NCBI GenBank assembly: GCA_964016885.1
Contig: OZ024740.1
Span: forward strand, 187,674,001 to 187,738,000
Length of the DNA stretch: 64,000 nt
Direction of reading: 5' to 3'
Source: Eledone cirrhosa
Lineage: Eukaryota
The translations under genes and the position numbers were made by a program. Under the pieces are notes generated by a model. It had not been told where the DNA came from and ran no database searches. It saw only the letters and a program-made list of their open reading frames with translations. How positions within the stretch are numbered: position 1 is the first letter of the stretch; each line of letters begins with the position of its first letter. Below are positions 12,530 through 26,414 of this stretch, one piece after another.

Positions 12530-13767
12530 CATCATCATCATCATCATCATCATCGTTTAACGTCCATCTTCCACGCTTGCATGGGTTTGGACGGCAGTTT
12601 TCCCACCTGAGGCAAGATTGGTTGTCCTGCTCGTATAGGACTATCTGGCGGGTTTTCTACGGCTGTATACCCTTCCTAACACCAACCACGTTTACAGTGT
12701 GGACTGGGAGGTTTTTACCGTGTTACCTACATGGCCACATTACAGCGTGGACTGTGTGTTTATTTTTTTTGTCGTGACACCTACATGACCCCATTTGTTT
12801 CGGACTGGATGTTGTGGTACCAACATAACTTCACATTTAAAGGTGTGGTGTGGATGGGGTGGGGGTAGTGGGACGGGGGTGTATTTCGTTAGAGGTGCCT
12901 ACTGACTGTAGGTTTTGCTTTGTACTTAGGCAAGGCGAGTCTTCTGTATAACTGTGTAGCCCCAAAGCTCTCGGTGTGACCGTACCAACGTAGTCTTCTC
13001 TCAAGTAAACAACATCTGATCCCTCTTATTCCTAATTTATCCCTTAGTTCGTTTATGCTTTGCCGTTCACGTATATTACTATTACACATCCAGCGGAGTA
13101 TGCAAGCTTCGTTTCGCTCCAGTCTGCGTATATCCACTGCACACAATGCCCAGGTCTCACTGCCATGTAACATTGCTGTTCGTATGCAGGCATCATACAG
13201 CCTGCCTTTCATTTTTAGAGAGAACCCTTTAGCGGCCAATAGTGGTATAAGCTCTCTGAACTTTTTCCATCCCGTTCTGACTCTAGCTACTGTACTTTCA
13301 GAGCATCCTCCCCCACTGCTGTTTTTGTCACCCAGGTAACGGATGCTGTCCACTATTTCTATAGAACCATCTGTGCAATGGAATGAGTTAGTATTCTGTG
13401 GGCACTTGCTGCTACTTATTGCACCAGAACAACGGCCACATATAAAATCTATATTCTTAGTTAGCTTACCTGTGATCCCACTACATCTTTTATGTACCCA
13501 TACTTTGCATTTGGGACATAAAATGGAGTTTCTGCCTACTCCTTTCCTACACACTGCGCATGGCCATTTCCCAGATGGGACCGGTGCCCTATTTTCCTTC
13601 CTACAAACTAGAACTTTAGTCTTAGACAAGTTAACTTTAAGGCCTTTTGATTCTAGGCCATGCTTCCATGTTTGGAATTTCTTCTCTAGTTCAGCCATTG
13701 ATTCAGCTATGAGCGCTAGATCATCTGCATATAGGAGTTCCCATGGGCAGCCGGTCTTGAACTCCTC
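12530..13767 (-). mobile_element. RTE-clade LINE (PHD-finger family), 5'-truncated
   Basis: WELLYADD to RLRWYGH in and just upstream of ORF 12889-13698; 3' UTR and (CAT)n tail at 12530-12555. Confidence 0.92.
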
Positions 13768-13782
13768 TATATATATATATAA

Positions 13783-13969
13783 TTGTTTCTACTTTAGGCA
13801 CAAAGCCAGCAATTATCCAGTGCATTACTGGTACTTTATTTTATCGACCCCGTAAGGATGAAAGGCAAAGTCAACCTCGGCAGGATTTGAACTCAGATCG
13901 TAAAGGGACGTAACTATGCTGGAAAGCATGGCGTCCGACCCCCTACTGATACTGCCAATCCACCGCCCT
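13783..13969 (-). mobile_element. tRNA-derived SINE with Meta-like central domain
   Basis: Minus strand has B box GAGTTCAAATCC followed by GCCTTTCATCCTTACGGGGTCGATAAAATAAAGTACCAG; two more copies at 58765-59121. Confidence 0.8.
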
Positions 13970-15299
13970 TTTATATATATAATCATCATTGTTTTTATGT
14001 ATATTTTTTCATTCTTGCATGGGTTAGATGCGTCTTCTCTAGTACAACATCTCTCTTGTTTCTGTACTTCAACATCTCCTTTGTGACTTTCCATTTCTTG
14101 AGATTAGCTTTTGCCACCACTACTTACATCTTTCTTACTCCTTCTCTTCGTTTCCTTCTGCTTGAAACTACTGGCACTTCTTCATCCAATGATAATCATC
14201 TATATGCATACATACACCCACACACACATGTCACCCACCATAAAAGTCTATTTTCCTTTTAAAACCAAAAGAAAAGATGTATATTGCTTATCTTAGAGTC
14301 AAGTAATAATCATGTACAGTCAGTATTGGTACTAAATTCTCTCAGACTTTGAATTCTATACAAAATATATTGGTGTGTGTATTTAATTGAATGTGTTTGG
14401 AAAATGCCAGACATTTTGGATTATAGAAATTTGTTTGGTATGATAGGTTTCCAGACAGACGATAATGTATTTAGCTTTTCCTTTAACAAAATTTTATTTA
14501 AGCATAGTTCATTGAAGATTTTAAGTTTTAACAATCGAATAATATCATTACTATAATATGTCTCTCTTTGAGATTGTGTGTGTGTGTGTGTGCGTCCATG
14601 TATTTGTGTGTGTATGCAGATTACTTTGGTAAAGACTGGATATTTTCAAATATTTTGAAATTGTCATTTTGTGCCAAGTTTTTAATGTAAATTATATCAA
14701 CATTAATTTTTTGATCATTTTCACCATCATTTCAGTTACTTTAACATTATAGCTTTGAATGTAAGTTATTCTTTTTGATCATCTATGTTGACTATGAATT
14801 CACAACTTGTAGATTTAAACCAAACTTTTTTTGCCAAATTTCAGTCAATCATGCATAATGCATTTGCTCATTATAATGCCTTATCAAAATGGTCAACTTG
14901 CTCATATACATTGTTTAAGGCCTATAATATCCAATCATGTTCAAAAGTTAATTTCATTCAGGTTGTTTCTTAAATTCAAATTACAACAGATCATATATTA
15001 TTTCTATTCTAAAACCATTACCTCCTTCATATAGTGCTTCTGTTACACATGAATAAACATTAATCATGCCATATATAATATGCTTCTTTAACAAATACTT
15101 CTATTAAATCTGTATCACTAGAAATATAGAGGAATTGGCAAGGCAAATTACATGAAAGAAAGTATAAATTTTTGTCGGTATGTAGCAATGATAAAACCTT
15201 TGTTGTAGGTATGCATTTCACATTAAAATAGGTATAAAATGTATGTAATCAATATAATCAGAGTGTATAATAGAATAATATTAAAGTTCTACAGTACAG

Positions 15300-16300
15300 T
15301 CAAAAGATCCAACTCAGACTTTAGATTAGTAAGAAAATATGGCATATTGGATTGTTCTATATAGGTTAACAGAAAAAGGGAAATACAGTTGTTTAATAAA
15401 CATCTCATTGGCATTCCCCATTTCAATTCTAGATGCCTAGGATATATTAATCTTATCATTATATTTCAACTTGTTATTGGTGTAAAGGGACTATGAACAT
15501 GATACAAGAAAAAAATGGAGGGGCATGCAGTAGTAACTCACAAGTTCTATTCAAAACAGGTTTAAAAAGACTAAATATTTGTTTCACCAAAATAAAGTGT
15601 CCAATATTTTCATGTCTTTTATTGACACTAAGAAAGGAATGTACTTATAGCTTCTGGGCATGTAGATAATAAAGATTCATTTTAATTACCAATTTCTGTC
15701 CTAGTTTTCAAATGTACTATGAAAGAGTTTGACTGAATAATAGAAAAGATATTTGAATGAACACAGCCTACAATCATTGAAGATTAAACTAAAATGCGAA
15801 AGAGAGTACATGAAATTGGTAATACTGGACACAATTAATGTTGTGTATAATAATTGTGTATAAAAATCATGTATAATAATCATGTATAATAATAATATAC
15901 ACAATTATAATAATAGTGTATAATAATTGCGTATAATAATCGTATATAATGGTTTTTGTATAATAATAGTGTTGTGTATAAAGATTGATAAGACCTATGA
16001 AATATATGAAGTAGGTGGTAATATTGACATTGATCATCTCATTATTTGTGTAATATTAAGTCAAGATATTGTTGAAAGATTTCGTGGAGTTGCTGTTTCT
16101 TTTTACTTAAATTCTTGAGATGATTTATTATAAATATCAATGAAAAAATATATTTGTATTAATTCTGTAGAACACTGTGGATATAAGCACTGCAAGTTTG
16201 GCATGAAATAACGGTAAATAGTTCGAATTTTAACCCGAATGACACCTGATGTCAAGGAAATACTTAACAAATCTATATGTTGTATTTTAAATAATAAATG
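15300..16300 (+). mobile_element. Possible very old pogo/Tigger (DDE_1) transposase relic
   Basis: Faint remnants only (QDIVERFR resembling PxDQxII..F; AW..I....I.N-like segment at ~16200); no intact frame. Confidence 0.3.
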
Positions 16301-19300
16301 CAGCCAAACAGATGAATTTAACAGTCTGAAAAATGTTTCCATCAATGTGGCTTTTATTGCTGACACAATAATTCCTTTTTTCTGTAAGGAGAGTAATGCT
16401 GACTAGATATGAAATATGGACAGCTAGAGTGGAGTTCCTGTAGTGAGCAAAGATACATATATTATCTACCATGCAACAGTCTGTGAAACCTAAAGATGAA
16501 AGACAGTTTTGAATGCGAATGAGAAAGCAATTGGTTCCAGTTTGTAATAGAAATGATGCACTTGTATAGAGATAGAATCTAAAGAAATATGTGATGCATG
16601 TTGGATGAGAAAGTGTTGTGATATAAAAACATAGCTTATCTGAGGTTGTGGAGAATGAGGATAAAATAGAAATATCAGACATTAAAATGTCTCATGAAAT
16701 GGTACAGGTTTATTTGAAAGGATGCTCTATTGAAGCCCTAGCGTTTTTATGATACCATGGAAAAGTTCTTTTAACCAATGAATATGAATATATAAATATA
16801 AAGTGTGTTCAGCATAAATTACATAAAAGAAACTAAGCTAAGCAGTACTTTATATCTAGGATATGAATTAACCAGTTTACTTGTTACCACAACCCTCTCA
16901 TATAATTTAGAAATCTATGTTACTAGGGTCATATTTTACAGATGAGTTGAGATAGATTCAATATTCATAGCAGTTAAATGCCTCATCTTCCTTATTACTC
17001 AATCAAATTTAAGCTTCATAGCTTATTGCCTGTATGAAATATTCTTTAGTTAATTTTTATCCATTTTGAAGTAATTGCTACCTCAGAACATTCATGGATA
17101 AAACACATTTTATTATTTAGTTTTATTGCATTTTCACTGTAAACTTAGATAATAACTACAAGTCATAAATGCATTTTATTTTAGATGGTGCCTGAGTGGT
17201 ATTTATTGTATAGGATTATTCTCAGTTTATGTCCTCTTAAATTAAGTTAAATTGATAATGTAAAGTAATGGTGATGCTTATTACTAAACTTCAGGTCAAA
17301 AGTACATGTAATAGAAGTGACATAAGAGGTGAATCTGTGGTAGGAAAATAATGTTGCTCACTTTGAAAAATTGCTTACTTGGAACAATACACATTACCCA
17401 AATAAATTTGATTTCTCTTCTTTCTTTTTTCTGTTTTGTATTATAAAAATAATCCTTCAATGCCTGCAGGTATATGAACTGTCACAAAACTTTCAACTCC
17501 ACCCAGTGAAAGAAATAAAACAATAAAAGGATTACAAATTTAAAAAAAATACAGCATGTTTAAATTTTTAAATGTTTTTTCATTTATCTGGACAATCCAA
17601 GAATTCACTGTATCATTTGATTTCCAAAATCAGTCATTTTGTAGCAATTATTCTGTTGAACTTAGCTGGAAGTCAAAGACAACATGGAGAGATAGAATTA
17701 ATTGGCTGAATAATCTAGGAGATCACATTACGTTTGAAGAATTGATGGAAATGAAGAATCTGATATGGCAAGTTTTACAGATCCAGAATTAAAATTCACT
17801 GCTCATATGGTAATGTGTTAGTTGCTAATCCAATATCAACATTTGCAGCTACTCCATATACACACTGTAATTTGAGTGAACCCTGAAGCTGTATTGTTTT
17901 ACTGCTATTTAACTTTTAATGTGGATGTTGCCATAGTTTTCATTTAAATATATTAGATATTCTTAAGATAAATATATTTATATATTATTTACAACAGAAA
18001 TACACAAGAATGATTTAATCTTTTAGCAACTATTTATTTAGATGCATAAGAATATTGACTAATCACATTCATTCTGCTATTAAATAGACAATAAAAGAGC
18101 TGAATTTGAATAGTGAACTAGCTACAATGTTTAAAAGTAATATCAAATCAACTTCATGTAATGAAATACAAGTGTTACAGTTTTAGTCCCTGTTGGTGCC
18201 TCTGTGGCTCATTCCCCTTCCAAGATCATGCTTGAAAGAGTACATGACAGTTAAAAAATGCTTTGTTTTGAATAAAGATTGCTATTTCAACTTTATTTTT
18301 GTAAGCAATACTAATGCCTAAATTTTAGACATAATGGAAAATATCCCAGATATGAACTATGTAAGGCCTTTTTATATTGGGGAAAATAATTGATTGTAAA
18401 GTAACTAGTCAATTGCAAATTGAATTGCATTTGAGGAAATAACATTTATAAGTCACATTGAAATTGAATAAAAGAAGCAGAGATCGATGTAGAGAGATAA
18501 CTAATAATAATAGTAGAGAAAAGTGTAGAGGAAAGACAGACAGACAAATATCGAAACAACAATAATAGATTATAAAAACGAATTTCATTGATATTAGTTG
18601 AACTGCAGGAAATACAGCTACAATTGGGGGAAATGTAGACACTTATCTCAGATACGATTTTATGTGTTACAGAAGGAAACACATAAATAAAGAAATACAT
18701 AAGAAAGAACCAAATATGCAAGATAGAAATTATGCTTTATTTAATGTTATGCTTTGTATTAAAAAAATATATATGTGTGTGTGTTACATCAGATGTACTG
18801 TAAAATTTGATCAAGGTTTTTATTCACAGTGAAATGGCCATTAATTTCAAATAACAGCCTCTTTTTGACTTCTAATGTTCAATCAACTTAAATTTAATGG
18901 ACATTATGAAAGAATATTTAACTTGCAAATCTTTACTCTAACAGCAGTTGTATGAATGTTCTTTGGCTGCTTTATAATTTTCAGTAAAAATATTCCATTT
19001 GTCAGGCGTTTAGCTTGAGTAAATTGATAAACCATTCTCATAAATTCTTTGCAGCTGCCAAATACTATTCTTGAAATATTGCTGAATAGTCTAATATAAA
19101 ATAATTTGGACATTACAATATTCATAATTATTATCTTATTGGAAACTCATTGATATTCTTCCATCGATAAGCAGTTATTATTTGAATATGCTAGAAGTTT
19201 GCATAATACAGCAGCTTAGGCAATATTCACTTATTTAATACATGTATAATAGTCAACAGCTTAATTATATTGCTTCTTTTATACTAAGAGAAGAAGTGTA

Positions 19301-20149
19301 TGGAAAGGAATATCTTTAATATAGACAATACTTGAATTTAAATTGCAAGGTCCACAGGGATTCGGGTTATTGAGCATGAGTTTCTTAAATGTAATCAATC
19401 ACAAAACAATGTAAAAAAAGTAGAGATCTACTCTTCCTTTTTTTCACCATCAACCTCTATTTTCTGCAAATTCTGCTGCTAAATTATTTAGCACATATTC
19501 ATTGTGACAACTAAAAAAAGATAAACTACTAAAATTGTTACTTTATTCACATTTAACTGAAATTTGCCATTTAAATTACAATAAAATGATAGAAAAAAGT
19601 GATCATCTCTCTGCTGTTTTCATAGATCAATAAAAGGTTTCTTCGGTTTAGTATCATTAAGGATATAATATCAAAAGTCTATATATCAAGAGATGTCAAT
19701 TAAATTTTTAATTTGTTTGGTTGATATTTTTGCAATAAAATTTCAAACTTACTAATTATTTTCTAAAATCGTATTTTCAGAAAGGAAGGAAAAACATTGC
19801 TTTTAGTTAATTTCATTGTTTGTTCCATTTCTTCAAATGCAGTTAACATTAGAAAGACATGCTAAGAGGTAAATTTCAAAATCAATGACAGAAAGGAGAT
19901 TAGTTATTTTTCTTTTCATTAGTAAGCAAAATCTATTATTGATAAATAAACCATTATTCAAATAGTAACTGGATTTTGATAAATATGAAGAAACATTTTA
20001 TATATATATATATATATCCCTCCCAGGGCATTGTTGGAGATATAAAGATGAAATTGTTTGTGAAGTTCTTGTCAGAGGACAAAAAACCAAGACCTATATC
20101 AAACAAATTTGTGATGACATAAACTGCTTTCCATCTGACCTACCAAATA

Positions 20150-22383
20150 TGAAGAACAATAGGGAGAAAGACAGTCTCCCCCAGATCGATCCAATAGAGG
20201 GACCAGCAGTGTTAGTTGAAGGTAGTATAATAAGTAAGGCAATCAAAGATATGAAGACGGGTAAGGCGGCTGGGCCTTCGGAAATAGTTGCTGAGATGCT
20301 GAAGGCATCTGGTTCGGTGGGACACACCATGGTCACCCGGATAGTTAACCAAGTCGTACAGAATGGGGTTGTTCCGAAGGAATGGCGTAGCAGCATCATC
20401 GTTAACTGCTATAAGGGAAAAGGAGATGCCCTAGATAGGAGTAACTATAGAGGCATTAAATTAATCGACCAGGTCATGAAGGTCACGGAAAAAGTAATAG
20501 CGCAACTAATCAGAGAGAGAATTGATCTAGATGAAATGCAGTTCGGGTTTGTGTCAGGCAAAAGTACCACAGACGCTCTTTTCATTGTACGACAACTACA
20601 GGAGAAGTACCTAGCTAAAAGTAAACCCCTATACTTAGCTTTCGTCGACTTGGAGAAAGCCTTCGACAGAGTCCCCCGTTCCATTATCTGGTGGTCTCTT
20701 AGAAAACTAGGTGTTGACGAATGGCTTGTGAGAGCTATACAAGCCATGTATAAAGAAACAGTCAGTAAGGTTAGAATTAACAACGAATATAGTGAAGAGT
20801 TTAGCGTAAAAGTTGGTGTCCATCAGGGCTCTGTTCTTAGCCCCCTACTATTTATTATTGCCCTTCAGGCTATAACAGAGGAGTTCAAGACCGGCTGCCC
20901 ATGGGAACTCCTATACGCAGATGATCTAACGCTCATAGCTGAATCAATGACCGAACTAGAGAAGAAATTCCAAACATGGAAGCACGGCCTAGAATCAAAA
21001 GGCCTTAAAATTAACCTTGCTAAGACTAAAGTTCTAGTTTGTAGGAAGAAAATAAGGCGGCGGTCCCATCTGGGAAATGGCCATGCTCAGTGTGTAGGAA
21101 AGGCGTAGGTAGAAACTCCATTTTATGTCCCAAATGCAAAGTATGGGTGCATAAAAGATGTAGTGGGATCACAGGTAAGCTAACTAAGAACATAGATTTT
21201 ACATGTGGCCGGTGCTCTGGTGCAATAAGTAGCAGCAAGTGCCCACAAAATACTAGCTCCTTCAACTGCGCAGAGGGTTCTATAGAAATAGTGGACAGCT
21301 TCCGCTATCTGGGTGACAAAATCAGCAGTGGGGGAGGGTGCTCTGAAAGTACAGTAGCTAGAGTCAGAACTGGATGGAAAAAGTTCAGAGAGCTTATACC
21401 ACTATTAGCCGCTAGAGGGTTCTCCCTAAAAATGAAAGGCAGGTTATACGATGCCTGCATACGAACAGCAATGCTGCATGGCAGTGAGACCTGGGCATTG
21501 TGTGCAGAGGATATACGCAGACTAGAGAGGAACGAAGCTTGCATGCTCCGCTGGATGTGCAATAGTAATATACGTGAACGGCAAAGCATAAACGAACTAA
21601 GGAAAAAAAAAATTAGAAATAAGAGGGATCAGATGTTGTTTACTCGAGAGAAGGCTACGTTGGTACGGTCACGTGATGCGCATGAAAGACGACAGCTGTA
21701 TAACAAAGTGCAGGGCAATAAAGATAGACGGTAGCCACGGAGTAGGCAGACCCAGAAAAACATGGGACGAGCTGATAAATTCCGACCTCACACGCTTACA
21801 CCTCTCCAAGACAATGTCACTGGACCGAGACCTTTGGCGGTACTCAGTAATAGAGAAGACCCGCCTTACCTAAATACAAAGTAAAAACCTACTACAGTCA
21901 GTAGGCATCTCTATCAAAACACACCCCCGTCCCACCACCTCCACCCCACCCACACCGCCCCTTTCAATGTAAAGTTATGTTGGTCCCACAACATCCAGGC
22001 CGAAACAAATGAGATCGTGTAGGTGTCACGACAAAAAACACACAGTCCACGCTGTAAATGTGGCCGTGTAGGCAACACGGTAAAAACCTCCCAGCCCCAC
22101 ACTGTAAATGTGGTTGGTGTTAGGAAGGGCATCCAGCTGTAGAAAACCCGCCAGACAGTCCACGCTGTAATGTGGCCGTGTAGGCAACACGGTAAAAACC
22201 TCCCAGCCCCACACTGTAAATGTGGTTGGTGTTAGGAAGGGCATCCAACTGTAGAAAACCCGCCAGACAGTCCTATGCGAGCAAGACAACCACTCTTGCC
22301 TCAAGTGGGAAAACCCCCGTCCAAACCCATGCAAGCGTGGAACACCGACGCTAAACCTGATGATGATGATGATGATGATGATG
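20150..22383 (+). mobile_element. RTE-clade LINE (PHD-finger family), 5'-truncated, young
   Basis: RT ORF 20149-21108 (NYRGIKL, FVDLEKAFD, GVHQGSVLSP, LLYADD); frameshifts near 21050 and 21605; 3' UTR with (GAT)n tail 22359-22383. Confidence 0.95.
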
Positions 22384-24791
22384 AATAGGACTAGATGGTG
22401 AAAGAGAGTCAAGAGAATATATGCAAGCAGTGTAACCTATTGATTGATAAGCTAACAGCTTCAAAATATTAATTATATTTATTATTCTAGAATTTATCAA
22501 ACTAGTTAATTGTTTTTAGAAGTATTTTACTCTTTTAGCTATCATGAAGTTCTTGTTGCACAGTTCTCTTTAGTGGGATAAAATATGAGATTATTGTTGA
22601 AGTCATATATCATTCATTCGTGTCTTAACTATACAATACTAAAGACATTTAGAAAATTGGTTTCATTGGTTTTGCAGTTATTTTCCTCAACCCCTGGCTT
22701 CAATTTTCTGAAATATTTTGTATCTTGATGTCTCAAATTTATTATCTCAATTCCTATTCTATATTTTATGACTGTTTAATTTCAAGGTCTGGTGGTTGTC
22801 ATTATTCTATAACAATTGGATTGCACCTATAAATATTGCAATCTCACTTTCCTTTATTTCTATATATTAGAGTCAGTCGAAAATTGTATTTTGACTTATT
22901 TTGTTTATTTCTTTTTGAGAAACATTTTATTTCTATTTTTGAAGTAGAGCATAACCAAAATATTGATACTGAAGCTAGTTTGTGATACAATACATTATTT
23001 TATATGTGATATAAATTAGAGAACCCTTAAAGAAAAGCCTTCCTAAATTAAACAGTAAACACCAATACCAGCTGCTTATTAAAGCTATTTCTCTAATTAA
23101 AATTAAAACAAAACTTTGAAAGAATATGTATTCACCAATTGATAGAGACCTCTGTATGTCATGTGTATTAATGAGGTGATAGATTTTGAGTTTGGTATAA
23201 TTACTGAAATTAGGTATAAATATATCTTTCTGTAAATAAGATTAGTTAATGTTGAAGCAGTGAGAATTTAGATATTTTCTACATGATTAAACTAATGCTA
23301 ACAACTAAGAATTTAGGATTGTACTGTTGCATTCTTTCTATTCTGTATGTATTATGATTATTAGATTTGAAATCAAATTTTTTAGATTTTTCAATAAAGA
23401 TTATACCAATTGGTCTGTATATTGTGTTCATGTTTGTGTATATTAGCAGTTAATTCACACACATACAAGTATGTTTCTAGTTGTCTTTCTGTTATTGTGT
23501 AAGTATGTTATATCTTTACTGATTATTCATCTAGTTGTGAGTGTTTATTCATTGTTATCAATTTATAAATGGCATTCTGTAGTAGTTGTTCCTTACATGT
23601 ATTTACCTATGCAAATTGAAATTGTCTTGGTAGTAACACACTACGTGAACTCAAATGAAACAAAGTTAGATGATTGTATTGCAATATATTGAATATTTAC
23701 ACAATATTTGAACATTCAGAGGAGACTTTCTAATATTTAGATTAGATAGCAAAGTTCATGTAATGTTTTTTGCAGAGAAGCACTACTTGTACTGATGTGA
23801 TGTTCTTATAAAGCTGTTATGTAACATTACTTTTTGAGAATCAAGACAACTAGATGCTTAATGTATTAGGTTATTGATGCAAAATGTTGATAATTTATTC
23901 ATTATTCTAACATAGTTTTCTGAAAATTCGTAAATGTAATTGAATAAAAAAAAGATAAGATTTATTACATATGAATTCTATATAAATAAACGTGATATTA
24001 TTCATAAAAAGATACATTTCCTTACTGATTTGAGTATACTGACATACAAAATTATACAAATAATATTGAAGGATTCACTAATGCCTGTAATTTCAAACAT
24101 GAAATTTCAATAGGCTATATACACATCATCTGCATATGTACACATATGTCATCTATAAAATATATATATATGTAATTGTATATATGCTCATGCATGCTTG
24201 CAAATATACTCAAATACACATGTGCACCCATGCACTTATACCCACACATGACCACTATCACAATCCAAATATATGTGAACATGAACATATTTTTTAATGT
24301 TTACCTATCAAAGTGGTTATTCAATGGGTAGGAACTTATCCATTATTTAAGAAATCTTAACTGAAATGTACCTTTTCTTTACCATATTTCTAAGTACACG
24401 CACTACTTATAATTTTCAAATTATTTTGAAAATAATCAAGAATTTGGAGGAATATTGGATTTAGTAAAATAACATTCTCGTTATTAATTTGATGTTAGGA
24501 ATATAAGAAAACATCTTACAGCATAAAGAGTATTTATATCAGAATTAGCTTGACTTGATTTTAAGATACCAGGATTAATCTGCATATATGGTAAAAATAA
24601 ACTGCATATATTCCGTATATACCCAGAATAAACTGAACATTGCTCATATATGAAATTCATGAAAGTTGTGAAACTAAATTTATATAGTAGTTTTAATATG
24701 ATGACTGTTTAGTAATTGCAGTGTAAAAATTGCTATAAGGAATCATATTTATACTATTCAAACATATATGCTATGGAATGAATTGCAAAGG

Positions 24792-24792
<1 letters not shown>

Positions 24793-24843
<51 letters not shown>

Positions 24844-24889
24844 AACACAAACAAACAAACAAACAAACAAACAAACAAACAAACAAACA
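24793..24889. repeat. (CA)n followed by (CAAA)n microsatellite
   Basis: Direct inspection. Confidence 0.95.
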
Positions 24890-25653
24890 TATAACATCTA
24901 TGCCACCATGGAAAATCAGATATTAAATTATAGTTTTTAATTTGAAACTGAAAATTGCCAGTTTACAACTATAAATTATATGTGATTGAACCAAATTCCA
25001 TCTGAGAACTCGGAATGTGAAACTAGCAGTGATAACTTATGAAGTTTTTGCTTCAAAAATAGATGTGTTTATGTGATTTAAACATATAAATATATATTGT
25101 TATACTAATCTTTTTATGTACGACAATAGTCTGCTGTATATTTGGCTGGAGCAGGAGAAGATTTTAACTAGAGGTTGCCATCTGTCAAAACATTTATCAT
25201 TTACACAATGTTTCCTCTTCCCACTATTATGAACATACCTGTCAATATTATGCATTTACATTTGAGTCTGTAAGAGATCCTGAGGCAATTAGAGAACTTA
25301 TATGCAGTCATTTGATCTGCTACAAATAGAAACCAAACCCCTCTCTTATATATAAAACAAAAGGAAGGAGACATTTGATAATACTGTCCTGAATATACTA
25401 TATTTTAAAATAAGAGGTATGTCCACAGCTACAATGTCGTTTGTTATATCAGCTCTGATAGAGCAGACCTAACAAAGTTAGCTGGCGGCTAAACAAAAGC
25501 AGTCTATTTACATTCAGTTGGACTGAAATGTTAAGAACTTGAATGAAGAATTTCTGCTATAGCATAGAAGTTAAATGCATGTTTGATATTTAAGTTCTGT
25601 TTGCCTACTTTCTATTGACATAGATAACTATAATTACAACAAAGGAACATTGA

Positions 25654-25707
<54 letters not shown>

Positions 25708-26210
25708 GACCTGGATATGTATCTATGCATTTGGAACTAAATATAATCAGTGAATCCTATAAGATAACAATAGCTGTCAGGATATGAAATGGAATTTCTT
25801 TGAAATGTGTGGATTTGATTCCAGCAAATCAGTATGCCCATTTCAGTATTGTTGAGTATTTATTTCTAGAATTTGTATAAGTCAGTTTCTTCCCAGTTGC
25901 TGAATTTTGACACAGTTTAGTGCTGACCTAATATTTGAAGAATAGTATTTGATATTGTGACTGAAACTATTTAGATTACCTTCTATGTGGTTTGACAAAT
26001 GTATTCAATATAGTTGTCATTCTTGTTTAAGTAGATTAGATATGTTGTAGCAAAGATGAATATTAAAATGCATGAGGATGGCTTCTTACAATAGGGTCAT
26101 GTTTAGTTATAGATGAATATTTAGTCAATTCAGCATGTAATATAATATAAACATAAATATAAATGGATGTCAGCCCATAATTTAGAATTATGGAGGAAAT
26201 ATATATATAA

Positions 26211-26414
26211 AAATTAGAAATAGAAGCTTTCGCTGTATTTTGACTACAGAAATTTTAAACTGATAGTGGGGTTTCAAACCCTCAAAGAAATGGAAAAAGA
26301 TGAGTATTGGTACGGCAATACTCATCTTTTCCATTTCTTTGAGGGTTCTGAACCCCAGTATCAGGCAAAAATTTCTTTAGTCAAAAATACAGCAAAAGCT
26401 TCTATTTCTAATTT
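26211..26414. repeat. ~200-bp fold-back palindrome
   Basis: AAATTAGAAATAGAAGCTTT...CCCTCAAAGAAATGGAAAAAGATGAGTATTG, loop GTACGG, then CAATACTCATCTTTTCCATTTCTTTGAGGG...AAGCTTCTATTTCTAATTT. Confidence 0.9.

Noticed and set aside
13055-13855. Antisense ORFs recurring in RTE copies (e.g. 13055-13339, 21305-21589, 48557-48841)
   Set aside because: Shadows of the conserved sense frame in near-identical repeats, with no independent coding evidence
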